A stretch of 64,000 bases of DNA from contig NC_043010.1 of the NCBI RefSeq assembly GCF_006345805.1, positions 6,076,001 through 6,140,000 on the forward strand, read 5' to 3'. Made by a program: the position numbers and the translations under genes. This document shows, piece after piece, positions 23,042 to 36,139 of this stretch (its first letter is position 1; every line of letters starts with the position of its first letter). A model generated the notes under the pieces. The model was given only the letters and a program-made list of their open reading frames with translations. It had not been told where the DNA came from and made no database searches. The stretch comes from Octopus sinensis. Taxonomy: Eukaryota.

Positions 23042-25438
23042 CTGTTGATGCGGTTCAGTGAAAGATGGGTTACCCCAGCTATCATATGATATAGTTCTGC
23101 AGTGAATATCTTCTCTGTCTACCATTGGTTGTTGGGGCTTCTTCAGATTTCTCTGCATTGTGTACTGAACTCCAGGAGGAACACAAGTAGGATCAAATAT
23201 ATATTTTGATTGTACGTTTAATGCAGGTGTAACCTTGTGGTACATATCAACACTGTTGTTATAGTTGTTGTCTGTCTGCTTCAGTCTATGAACTATACAG
23301 ATCGATATAGAGATCACTATGACAACTGATACGATCACAGCTGCTACAACAATAACAATCATCACATTCAATTGGAGACCATTACTTGATTCTGTTGTTG
23401 TCTTTGAAGGGGTCTTAAATATCTTTGATGTGGTGTTACTAACTGTTAGAGTCAAAGACAAAGTTGTTGTCGATGACAGAACTGGACTGCCACTGTCTTT
23501 CACACCTAATTCCAGTTCATAGAATCCAGCATCATTTTGGTAAAGTGAGCGAGAGAAAGATAAGACACCAGAGTGATGGTTCATTTGAAATAAGTGTTTC
23601 TTGTTACCTCTGAGTATTTCATATGTGAGGAAGGCATTGTGTTGACTGTCTCTGTCAGAGGCCCTAACAACTGTGATATCCTGGTCAGAGTGGGGATGGT
23701 AGTGGACATTAAGACTGAAAGGGTCAACATTAGGGAAACTGAAATAGGGAGCATTATCATTTAAATCCATAACCTCAACAACAACATTTGCTCTCTTCTC
23801 CAGTGATGGTGTTCCTTTATCTTTTACTAAAACCTTAAACTCATACACGTTCTTTTCTTCTCTGTCTAGGGACTCAGTTGTGGAAATGAATCCCACATCA
23901 GATATCTGAAATGGTAGAATATCTTTTCCATTAGATAATAGAGAATAGGTTAATTGTCCTCCATCTCCAATATCTGGGTCTGTGGCATTGACATAGCCAA
24001 CAGGGAAGTCTTTGTGTTCATTTTCATAGGTGAGAAACTTAAATATGTCCTGACTAAACTGAGGTTGTACATCATTTATGTCAGTAACCAACATTGAAAA
24101 CTGTTTCTCTACTGTCAATGGAGGTAAACCATTATCTTGACATTTAATGGTGAAATTAAAGCTCTTCTCACTCTCTCTATCTATTTCACTCTTGACAATA
24201 ACTTTGTATTTCTTTCCAGATAATGAGATTAGCTGAAGGTATCTATTTTGTAAATGACACTTCACTTGGCCATTTACTCCATTGTCATTGTCGGTAACTT
24301 TGACATAAGCGACAAAGCTGTGAATTTGAGTTGCTTCTGAGATGACAGCTGTGTTTCCAGTTGACTCTATAACAAATTTAAGATCAATGTTTGGTGGATT
24401 GTTGAAATAACTGATTCCATTAATAAGAACAGTGACAAGTGAAGATAATGAAGGGCTACCATTATCTCTGGCTTCAATAAATAGCTCATAAATTTTACCA
24501 AAATTAAAGTCTTTCTTCAAAAATAACTCTCCTGTTGCTTCATCTAATTGAAAGTACTCTTTTACCGTTTTGGGTGTTTTAGCATTATTGAAGACATAAG
24601 AAATTCTTCCATTTTCTCCTACATCTAAATCTGTAGCAGACAACCTTACAACAGGTTTGTTTACCTCGTGTGTATCATTTATAGTGACATTGTAAAAATT
24701 CTGGGAGAATACAGGGTAATTATCGTTTTTATCTTCTACAAATATTTTTATATCCAGTACACCTTCCTTTGATGGAGATCCTTCATCTGTAGCAATTAAC
24801 CGAATATTGTAAATGTCTTTTGTCTCACGGTCCAAGTTACCTTCCAAAATTAGTTGTAATAGATCAGTTCCATCTGGTTTTTTAGAAACAAACAATTGGA
24901 AAGGTATATCTATTTTCTCTTTGAGTTGGTAAGTTAGCTTAGAATTCTGAATGCTAATATCATTATCAATGGCATTTGGAAGTGTTTCTTTTCTTCCTTT
25001 TGTCATACTTTCATCATATTTTAAATGAAATTCTTTGTTTGGGAAAATTGGAGAATTATCATTGACATCTTCTATCATAACTTTGATTTCTAATAACTTG
25101 AAGAAAGAATGGCCATGCTGAACAGCAATTTCTAACATCCTGAAACATTCCACATTATATTGGCACAAAGATTCTGCATCCAATATGGCAGCTGTGTACA
25201 GTTTCCCTCCAGGTGTAACATTAAACAACTGAACACTTCCATCGGTATTACCCTGGAGTATTTTAAATGTCAGTTTGCTGCTCTCAACCTTAGACTGTAT
25301 ATCATCCAATAAGTGTGTATCAGTGATAATATCTCCAATATAACTGTGTATATCATTGTTCTCTTTCACATGGTAGGTATGATCCACACACCAGCAGTTA
25401 TGAACAAGGAATAACACCAACAATACACCTGGAAACAT
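23042..25438 (-). CDS. Pcdh: Protocadherin gene 3, large exon (799 codons)
   Basis: Six EC repeats plus TM. ATG 25438 (MFPGV..) lies 7 nt after acceptor AG 25447-25446. Donor CAG|GTAAGA at 23042. Confidence 0.95.
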
Positions 25439-26589
25439 TTTCAATCTGAAATAGAATTTTGTATTGATATTAATTAATCAGGTTTTAATACTACAGAGAA
25501 ATTCTAACTAGAAATTTTGCTACATGAACTTTATCTTTACATTCATTTTGGATTTGTAGATTTTTAAGAAACTTGAAAGTGTGTATAGAAATGTTCTCTT
25601 TAATTTTTTGGATATAATTGATGCATATTTAGTTGTTATACACCCAAACCAAGAAATAACCCATTGATATTGCAGAGGACAGGTGTAAATTGTTCTCTGT
25701 TCTTTTTTCTATACGACTTCACCTAATATAAAAGAAGAGGTATTTCATCACCGTTGCCCTCTAAAGTTAACAGCTTTATCAATTTACTTATACAAACTTA
25801 CATATTCTACACATGCTTGGTAGCTCAGTTAAATAAATTATTGAAGCATTACCAATTTTTGCTGTATATGCAATAATATACAACTGAGTTCAAGTTGGAG
25901 TCTGAACTGGCATTGCATGTGTGAACTAAACGAAAGTAAACATGTGGTACAGCTGTGAACATGTGGCTTTGTTTATAAACCACATGTATGTCAAATTGGC
26001 TGCTGGTGAAATTGTAATGATGACTAAAACCACAATCCAAGTAATTTCTCTTATTTTTGCATTTAGTAAAGTAAACAAAGAGCTCTATCTAAAATTGTGA
26101 AGATACAGGGCTGGCTAAAATCTATAGATTTTTTTTTTCGTGTTGTATAATGTAGCATTAAATATATAAGATATAAATGATAATGCATGCACACACATGT
26201 ATAGGAATGAGTTTGTGGATGTGTGTGTGTGTGCATGCATGTCATGTAAAGTGTTCTGACCATATTACCTTAATAAAAAAAAATATAAGCGTGGTATATC
26301 AAGAAATTCAAGAAATTATTAACCTGACATTGATTTTATATAGAGAGCAGACTTTTTATTGTAATGTCTTCCCTCAGGTTGATATGGCTGTTTTGTCTGA
26401 GTTATATTCTTTCCTCTTTACAAGTTACAGTAATTGTATTGTAGTCAAGGATATTTCTTAGGCTATATTGATCCTGATATTTGAGCAACTTCACAAGACA
26501 CAAAAAGTAGTCTGAGGCTCGAAAAGGAAATAAATGAAGTGGAACAAAATACCACCAACATACATATTGGTTTGAAATGGATGGATAGT

Positions 26590-26888
26590 GGAGGCAAATG
26601 GCCTAGTGGTTAGAGCAGCGGACTTGCGGTTGAGGGATCATGGGTTCGAATCTCAGACCGGGCGATGAGTGTGTTTATGAGCAGAACACCTAAGCTCCAC
26701 GTGGCTCCAGCAGATGGTAATGGCGAAACTTCTGCTGACTCTTTTTCTCACTCTTTCCTCCTGCATCTTGCAGCTCACCTGCGACGGACTGGCGTCCCGT
26801 CCAGGTGGGGAACCTATATGCCAAGGAAACCAGGAAACCGGCCCTTATGGGCCAGGCATGGCTCAACAAGGAGCGAGCAAAAAAAAAA
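26590..26888 (+). mobile_element. Third tRNA-derived SINE family (family C), in intron 1 of gene 3
   Basis: Box A TGGCCTAGTGG, box B GGTTCGAATC, A-rich tail. The empty site GGATAGT|TC is visible in gene 5 (about 46110), with a variant in gene 6 (about 54930). Confidence 0.85.
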
Positions 26889-28066
26889 GTTCCAAGAGGC
26901 TGCTGAGTTTCCATTGGTCAAATTTTTTTAACAAGGCTATGGACAACACCCATCTATGACACAAGACTGTTGCCCATGTTTTCTGACTGTCTTATTCAAC
27001 ATATTTGACCAACAGCCATGTTCTCCAGAAAAATAATTATTGATCACACAGCCATGTCCAAGTCCAATATGTTGATCACTGAGTTACTTCTCACTATGAA
27101 AATATCTTACCAAACTATTCCCATTCCCCAGAACATCCATCATTCCATTGTTTCCCTATCTTCCCTACACTGATACAGTCATAACTGAATACAGCAATGT
27201 CTCTGTGTGACATCCTCGGTGACAAAGACTCATCTTTAAAATGTCAATTTCGTATACACTTGTTCTGAAGATATCATGCCATTGTATCAACTCTCCTGAT
27301 ATTACATATCTGAACACAAACTAAAAGAGACATTAAGAATGGCAACTAATTGATGTGTAACACCAGCGAACCACTGACCAAATGAAAGGCAATCAACCTA
27401 AGAACTTCAAGTTCTTTTAAAAGTATTCCATGCCAGCATGGAAAATAGACGTTCAATGCTGATGATGATTTCTTGAATACCATAAGGTGCAGTATTTCTA
27501 ATCTGAAGCGTGTGATTTTGATAGATATCTGGCTGCTATTTCTAGCAAGTCCGAGAATTCATTAAGGGTATTAATTTATTAAGAGTAACCTCCCTTACTT
27601 TCAAAACTACTTCATGGTCCAATTTCTCTAACGTTGAGTACAAGATACTCAAATATTTTCAAGGTAAAGTAAATAGTAGATAAACTATTCATCTAACATT
27701 ACCTAAAACAATTATCATCAATACATCCTGTCTATTACATCCTAATCTATCAATTAATCCTATGCTAGATGGTTAAACTGACAGTATTGTAAAAAAAGAG
27801 AGAAAACAATATATTTTTTTAAAGAATGTAAATATTAAAATAATGCTAAACTCTGTTTGTGTTTTGCTGAAAGTTCCATCTCAAGTATTTATTGAAGATA
27901 TATATAAAATGTCTTTAGAAAATGACATTGCTGTACAGGAAGTAATTAACAATCTGATTTTGCTATGGGTGTAGTTTTAGCAAAGATGGAAGTCAATGGG
28001 AAGTGAAATGACCAAACACCAACAGAAACAATTTATACAGCAGAATAACTTTTAATAAATACTTAC

Positions 28067-28305
28067 CAACAGTTGTTAGTGGTTTATACACTTGTTACTG
28101 TATTGTTTCAGTGTTCTGGTAACAAAGTTATTGTACTAGCAGAAGTTCTGAGTAGTTTGGTATGTGACAGTGTTATGTAGTTCTATGGAGTTGGTTGTGT
28201 AGTATGTAATGTGTGTTGTAGCCAATGACAAGCTGTCTATTATTCCAATGCAAGGAAACGGAAATACAGCCTCCAGTTCTTGCAGTAAATGATGGGCTGA
28301 CTCAC
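28067..28305 (-). promoter_or_regulatory. Promoter P3 plus non-coding exon 1 (about 28067-28149) of gene 3
   Basis: Donor GT 28066-28065, Inr-like A at 28149, the -30 element reads TACATAACA, CCAAT 28222-28226 and 28245-28249, TGACTCA 28298-28304. Confidence 0.65.
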
Positions 28306-29790
28306 AAAATATTTCACTTAGACACACTCATGTATAGATACATACATATACATGTGTGTGTGGTGAGAAGGTACCCAGATAAATGGATGGAAATATTAAT
28401 AAGGTTTTAAGTAATGAAATATAAAATTAAAGTATATTAAAAATATATCATATTTTAATTTTATGGTAGAAAAATTATTTTCTAACTTCAGTCAAAGTTG
28501 CAAAACTTTTTATCTTATATTTCCCTCTGGTTTTACAAAATTGTTTGCTTGAAACATCCTTAATAAATGTTATTAAATAATATTTTTAGAAGTTAATTTC
28601 ATTAAATAATTGTTGAGCTCATTTGAAAATACGAAATTATGGCTCCAAATAATTGTGTTGAATAATGATTGTAATATGGTTTGTTCTTACAAGTGTTCCT
28701 ATTACAGAAATAATCCTTTTAAAATGGAAATAAAAGTTTGTAAATTTCACAATTGAAACTTAACATAAATATTTATCAAAATAGAAGCCTATCCATTAAA
28801 TGTCATTACAAATGGAATTCCTTTCTGATATATATATATAAATATATATAATGTATCTAATTTTTTTTTGTTTGTTTCCTTTTTTTTTTGCCCACCTTTT
28901 TGGAAAGCTAATCAATAATGCTTATTTTTTATATTGCTATGAAATGGTAATCTAATGCTGTTAACTATTGAAATTATGCAATCTTCAAAAGATTTCATAA
29001 GAAAATTTCTAGAAACTATAATGGAGAATTGTGTTATATATTTTTGTATGGCTTCCCTATGCATATACATCCAGATATCTTCAATATATATATATATATG
29101 CTAGTGGATGTTAAATGATGACGATAATGATATATATATCCTGATAGTTTCAGTAATATACATGGTTATAAGTTTCTCAGTAAAAACTTTGGTAGATATC
29201 AACTGGTAGTTTGTGAGAATATTTCGTTCTTAACTGTACCAGTCATGCCAAATACTTTGGTAATTCTGTCATATTTTCTTTTGATGATTTCGTGGTGTAA
29301 ATATATTTACTTTGATTAAAGACTAAATAAGAAAAAAATTATCTATTTTGGTGAAAATGTATCATAAATTTATAACTTTAAGAAATATTATGACGATGTT
29401 AATATTAATATTAAATTCTTTATAATTACTTTTCATCAACCCCAAAAGGATGAAAGGCAAAGTCGACCTCAGTGGAATTTGAAATCAGAACGTAAAGACA
29501 GACGAAATACCACTAAGCAATTATAATTCCTTTCATACTTTCATTGAGATATTTGTAGTAATAGACAAGCTCTACTTTTATATAAGATAAAATTGTTTTT
29601 GGTATTGTCTCTAGTAAGAGGAAGTAAAATTATGTAAGCTGCTAAAGAAGACTGGCAAATAATTGGCAAAGTCATCTGTGGTAGAATATGATTTGAAATT
29701 AGTACACAAATATAAGATACGGTCAGGATTTTAGGCAGTCCTTGTTCTAGTTCTGCTGCTACCTGTCATTGGTTTCTAAATAGTGCAGCA

Positions 29791-30113
29791 TTAGTTCTGT
29801 GGTGCTGATAGAGGTGGTACTTGAGGTATTGAAGGTACCTTTGGTAATGTTGTTACTTTAGGTACAGCTGGTAGAAGCGGTTTACAGTTTGAAATAAAGG
29901 CACTTGTCATTGGCACCGTAGGTGATTGTTCAGTTGTATTAGATGTGGTCCCAGCTGTAGTGAAAGTTATTTGGTCGAGATGATAAGAAGGGCTCTTGTC
30001 AACATTTGGTTGGTAGGGATATCCGTTGTTGTTATCTCCCCTTGATCTGTCGAGAGTGTGTTGAGGGTGGTTTCTTCTATTCCATGTATAATCACTTTGA
30101 TAACGACATAGAT
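29791..30113 (-). CDS. Pcdh: Protocadherin gene 4, terminal coding exon (...PQVPPLSAPQN*)
   Basis: Acceptor AG 30115-30114. 323 nt = 2 + 107 codons, ending TAA. Confidence 0.8.
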
Positions 30114-31451
30114 CTGGAAGTATATCGATTAATTGGCTGTTTTTTTTTCAGACATAATGACAAAAATCAAACTGTTTTAAACAGGTTTATAGCAAGGAAA
30201 AATCAAAGCATTATATTTTAACAAAAATTAGTATATTTTAACAAAAAAAAAAAGCTATGCCCCAGCTATTCTGTTGAGAGTGAACACCATGCACTGTGAT
30301 ATCTTGGGATTCAAGGGTCCACAGCTATTTAATGTCTCGTGCAAAAATCTCAGGGATCTTCATGGAGTGGAGTAGATGTTTTCAAGGAATAACTTGACCT
30401 CTTGCTAGCTACTGTCCCAGATGAAACTGTATTACAGCAGGAAACTCAATAGAGAGCAACAGTGTTGGACTCCATCCATCACTAAAAGCAAATCATGTAA
30501 AATTGGCCATTGAAAACATGATTTCAACCTTAGCACAGAATCGTATGAAAAATAAATAAATAAAGTCTCGTTCAGGTGCCAGTCCCACTGCGTGGCACCT
30601 TGGGCAAGTGTCTTCTATAGCCTCGGGCCGACCAAAGACTTGTGAGTGAATTTGGTAGACGGAAACTGAAAAGAAGCCCATCGTATATATGTATATGTGT
30701 GTATATGTGTGTGTGAGTGTTTGTGTGTCTGTGTTTGTCCCCCCAACATCGCTTGACAACCGGTGCTGGTGTGTTTACGTCCCCGTAACTTAGCGGTTCA
30801 GCAAAAGAGACCAATATAATAAGTACTAGGCTTACAAAGAATAAGTCCTGGGGTCGATTTGCTTGACTAAAGGCGGTGCTCCAGCATGGACGCAGTCATA
30901 TAACTGAAACAAGTAAAAGAGTATGTGTACATGCTATACAAAGACAAAATTTGCCTTCAATTTTATGGTAAAGGCTCTAGCATGGCCGTGTGATGAAGAA
31001 TTTCACTTCTCAACCACATGGTTATAGGTTTAGTCCTCTACTGCTGTCTCAGACAAGTCAAATTCTTTTAACGATAATACAAACAGATAAAAGGGTGGTA
31101 TACAGTCAATTGTCTGATAGTATTTATCATTCAACCGTAATAATTGTGTGTTTGTCTCCTGACTTTGATAGTTGTCAGCAAGCATTGGCATCACACATGC
31201 TGTAGCATTCATTTCTAAGTTTTCATGAAAGCATGTCCAGCAAATGGGAAAATATTACCTTGCTTGGAAACAGTTGGGGGCTGGTAACAAGAAGGCAAAA
31301 ACGGTCATGAAATATCTGCCCAAAGAATTCTATTCAACCCATGTCAGTCTTCCAAAGTGGATTAAAAAGGATGATGATGATGATGGTAACTAAATATAGA
31401 CCAATAGATTATCATACTATATTGAAGAAATATTCATTCTTTCTAACTTAC

Positions 31452-31602
31452 CTGGCAGTTCCTCATAGTGACCAGCACTGCCGACACTCCATCCATGACC
31501 CCTATCAGTGCGAGATGACAATGTTGACATCTCACTGAATTGGTCAGAACTGTTTAGTTCTCTGTAACCTGGAGACATACTTTCTTCTCTTGGAACAAAT
31601 AT
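31452..31602 (-). CDS. Pcdh: Protocadherin gene 4, 151-nt cytoplasmic exon
   Basis: AG 31604-31603, GTAAGT from 31451, 151 nt. Confidence 0.88.
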
Positions 31603-31988
31603 CTAAATACAAATATATAGATTCAATGTATCATAATGTTAAGGGCATTCCAAAATTATATATACACAGAAATACATCCACCTGTCCTCCATATCTACAT
31701 GCACACACAAAAAAGTGCATCATAGTGTCCTCAATATTTCGAAATAGAAATACATAAAATTGAAATAAGACAAAATATTGCAAGTAAGTTATGACCATAC
31801 TTAGAAAGTTTTAGTTGTCAATAGGAGTTGCAGTCAAACAAGAAATAATATAATTTGCAATAAGAGCTAGAAATAAAAGATCCATGAATTTAAAGAAATC
31901 ATATTTAATAAGAAATACCAGAACAAAATATTACTCTGCAAACAACTCGTGATCAACCATTCAAACAACTGGTAATTAACTGCCTTAC

Positions 31989-34382
31989 CTGTTGATGCGG
32001 TTCAGAGAAAGATGGGTTACCCCAGCTATCATATGATATAGTTCTGCAGTGAATATCTTCTCTGTCTACCATTGGTTGTTGGGGCTTCTTCAGATTTCTC
32101 TCCATTGTGTACTGAACTCCAGGAGGAACACAAGTAGGATCGAATATATATTTTGATTGGATGTTTAATGCAGGTGTAACCTTATGGTACATATCAACAC
32201 TGTTGTTATAGTTGCTGTCTGTCTGCTTCAGTCTATGAACTATACAGATCGATATAGAGATCACTATGACAACTGATACGATCACAGCTGCTACAACAAT
32301 AACAATCATCACATTCAATTGGAGACCATTACTTGATTCTGTTGTTGTCTTTGAAGGGGTCTTAAATATCTTTGATGTGGTGTTACTAACTGTTAGAGTC
32401 AAAGACAAAGTTGTTGTCGATGACAGAACTGGACTGCCACTGTCTTTCACACCTAATTCCAGTTCATAGAATCCAGCATCATTTTGGTAAAGTGAGCGAG
32501 AGAAAGATAAGACACCAGAGTGATGGTTCATTTGAAATAAGTGTTTCTCATTACCTCTGAGTATTTCATATGTGAGGAAGGCATTGTGTTGGCTGTCTCT
32601 GTCAGAGGCCCTAACAACTGTAATGTCATGGTCAGAGAGGGGATGGTAGTGGACATTAAGACTGAAAGGGTCAACATTAGGGAAACTGAAATAGGGAGCA
32701 TTATCATTTAAATCCATAACCTCAACAACAACATTTGCTCTCTTCTCCAGTGATGGTGTTCCTTTATCTTTTACTAAAACCTTAAACTCATACAGGTTCT
32801 TTTCTTCTCTGTCTAGGGACTCAGTTGTGGAAATGAATCCCACATCAGATATCTGAAATGGTAGAATATCTTTTCCATTAGATAATAGAGAATAGGTTAA
32901 TTGTCCTCCATCTCCAATATCTGGGTCTGTGGCATTGACATATCCAACAGGGAAGTCTTTGTGTTCATTTTCATAGGTGAGAAACTTAAATATGTCCTGA
33001 CTAAACTGAGGTTGTACATCATTTATGTCAGTGACCAGCATTGAAAACTGTTTCTCTGCTTTCAATGGAGGTAAACCATTATCTTGACATTTAATGGTGA
33101 AATTAAAGCTCTTCTCACTCTCTCTATCTATTTCACTCTTGACAACAACTTTGTATTTCTTTTCAGATATTGAGACTAACTGAAGGTATTTATTACGTAA
33201 ATGACAGTTCACTTGTCCATTTGCTCCACCGTCATTGTCGGTAACTTTGACATAAGCAATAAAACTGCCAATTTGAGTTGCTTCTGAGATGACAGCTGTG
33301 TTTCCAGTTGAATCCAAGACAAATTGGAAATCAATATTTGGTGGATTGTTTAAGTAACTGATTCCATTTATTAGAACAGTAACAGTTGATGACATAGGTG
33401 GTTTACCATTATCTGTGGCTTTAACAAATATTTTATAGGATTTTCCAAACTGAAATTCTGTTGTTAGAAATAGTTCTCCAGTTTGCCTATTCAGTCGAAA
33501 GCATTCTTTCATATTACTTGGTCTTTTTGTACTTAAGCTATAGGAAATTCTTCCATTTTCTCTTTCATCCAAGTCTGTAGCAGACAGTTTTAAAATAGGT
33601 TCGTTAATCCTGTGTGTATCATTTACAGTGACATTGTAAATATTGGGAGAGAACACTGGGGAATTATCATTTTCATCTTGTATTGATATTTCTAAATTTA
33701 GTACCCCTTTTTTTGTTGGAGTACCCCCATCTATGGCAATTAACTGGATGTTGTAAATGTTTTGTGTTTCACGGTCCAAGTTACCATCTAAAAGCAGTTG
33801 TAACAAATCACTTCCATCCAGTTTCTTAGATACAAACAACTGGAATGGAATATCTTCATCCTCTTTGAGTTGATAAGTGAGTCTAGAATTCTGAATGCTA
33901 ATATCGTTATCAATGGCATTTGGAATTATTTTCTTTACTCCTTTTGTCGCACTTTCCTCAAACTGTATATGAAATTCTTTGTTTGGGAAAATGGGAGAAT
34001 TATCATTGACATCTTCTATTATAACTTTGATTTCTAATAACTTGAAGAAAGAATGGCCATGCTGAACAGCTATTTCCAGTATTCTAAAACATTCCACATT
34101 ATATTGACATAGAGATTCTGCATCCAATATGGCAGCTGTGTACAGTTGTCCTCCAGGTGTAACATTAAACAACTGAACACTTCCATCAGTACTACCCTGG
34201 AGTATTTTAAATGTCAGTTTGTTGCTCTCATCCTTAGTCTGTATATCATCCATTAAGTGTGTATCAGTGACAATATCTCCAATATAGCTGATTATATCAT
34301 TGTTCTCTTTCACATGGTAGGTATGATCCACACACCAGCAGTTATGAACAAGGAACAACACTACCAATACACCTGGAAACAT
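31989..34382 (-). CDS. Pcdh: Protocadherin gene 4, large exon (798 codons; spliced protein about 955 aa)
   Basis: Six EC repeats plus TM. ATG 34382, acceptor AG 34391-34390, donor CAG|GTAAGG at 31989. Confidence 0.95.
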
Positions 34383-34665
34383 TTTCAATCTGAAACAGAA
34401 TTTTGTATTGATATTAATTATTGAGGTTTTAATACTACAGAGAAATTCTAACTAAAAATTTTGTTACATAAACTTAATCTTTACACTCATTTTGGATTTG
34501 TAGATTTTTAAGAAACTTGAAAGCGTGTGTAGAAATGTTCTCTTTAATTTCTTAGATATAATTGATGCATATTTAGTTGTTATACACCAAAACCAAGAAA
34601 GAAGCCATTGATATTGCAGAGGACAGGTGTAAATTGTTCTCTGTTTTTTTTTCTCTACAACTTCA

Positions 34666-35063
34666 TCTTTATATATAAAAGTAAGGTTGTGTGTCTGTCT
34701 CCTACGATTTAGATTCCTAACTACTCCCACATTTTGCAGTGCAGTCTAACCAAAACCGGGTATATTATAGTCGTGATTCATATCAAGCCCTTCTGGGTAT
34801 TAGCGTGTGTCTTCGATGAGTCTACGATTTTAAAAAGAATTTAGCATCATTTTTTTCCATTTTAATGCATTTTTTCGCTATTATATAAGGGAAGTAACTC
34901 TCTAAAAATGTCTATGATGAGTCAACGATTTAAAAAAAAATTTACCATAATTTTTTTTCCATTTTTAATGCATTTTTTTGCTACTTTTTGGCTATAACTC
35001 TCTAAAAATGCTTATATAGTTATTTCCCTTACAAACCCGAGCAACGCCGGGCGATACTGCTAG
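34666..35063 (+). mobile_element. Non-autonomous Helitron-like element in intron 1 of gene 4
   Basis: A|TCTTTATATATAAAA ... CCCGAGCAACGCCGGG hairpin ... CTAG|T. Absent at the equivalent site of genes 3 and 6. Confidence 0.82.
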
Positions 35064-35382
35064 TGTGATATAAAAGAAGAGGTATTTCATCACCATTGCC
35101 CTCTTGTTAACAGCTTTATCAATTTACTTATACAAACTTACATATTCTACACATGCTTGGTAGCTCAGTTAAATAAATTATTGAAGCATTACCAATTTTT
35201 GCTGTATATGCTATAATATACAACTGAGTTCAAGTTGGAGTCTGAACTGGCATTGCATGTGTGAACTAAACGAAAGTAAACATGTGGTACAGCTGTGAAC
35301 ATGTGGCTTTGTTTATAAACCACATGTATGTCAAATTGGCTGCTGGTGAAATTGTAATGATGACTAAAACCACAATCCAAGT

Positions 35383-35577
35383 GTGACCGCGTGTGTACCA
35401 TTGGCGATTTTTTTTCCTCTGTCTTCCCTTCTCTGGATCTTTCCTTCTATGCTTCCGACGAAGAGCTCCGCTCGAAACGTTAAACCCTCCTTCTTTCCTG
35501 AGCGTCCAATAAAACTATATTTGTTCCACGTCCTTGCGTTGTTGTGTTCTTTTGTGCTTTCGTGTTTGGATTAACTT
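35383..35577 (+). mobile_element. ~195 bp insertion unique to gene 4, probably a Penelope-like element terminal fragment
   Basis: Absent in genes 3, 5 and 6 (empty site CCAAGTAATTTCTC). Contains the C(C)GACGAAG-stem-CGAAAC motif characteristic of Penelope-associated minimal hammerheads. Confidence 0.55.
35451..35485 (+). ncRNA. Degenerate minimal type I hammerhead ribozyme motif
   Basis: GCUU-CCGACGA-A-GAGC(UCC)GCUC-GAAA-CGU-U-AAAC. Stem II is perfect and stem III is palindromic (ACGU). The core has C at the conserved U4 position and stem I has one mismatch. Confidence 0.5.
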
Positions 35578-36139
35578 TAATTTCTCTTATCTTTGCATTT
35601 GGTAAAGTAAACCAAGAGCTCTATTTAAGATTGTGAAGATACAGTGCTGGCTAAAATCTATAGATTTATTTTTTTCGTATTGTATACTTATAGAGTAGCA
35701 TTAAATATATAAGATATAAATGATAATGCATGCACACACATGTATAGGAATGAGTTTGTAGATATGTGTGTGTGTGCATGCACATCATGTAAAGTGTTGT
35801 GACCATATTGCCTTAATAAAGAAAATTATAAGCGTGGTATATCAAGAAATTCAAGAAATTATTAACCTGACATTGATTTTATATATTGAGCAGATTTATC
35901 ATTTTTTTTTGTAATGTCTTCTTTCAGGTTGATATGGCTGGTTTGTCTGAGTTATATTATTTCCTCTTTACGAGTTACAGTAATTGTATTGTAGTCAAGG
36001 ATATTTCTTAGGCTATATTGATCCTGATATTTGAGCAACTTCACAAGACACAAAAAGTAGTCTGAGGCTCGAAAAGGAAATAAATGAAGTGGAACAAAAT
36101 ACCACCAACATACATATTGGTTTGAAATGGATGGATAGT

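Noticed and set aside
26590-26670. tRNA genes at SINE heads (also 36140, 17021, 8134)
   Set aside because: The A/B boxes continue into repeat bodies and tails, there is no complete acceptor stem, and the empty insertion site is visible in paralogous units.
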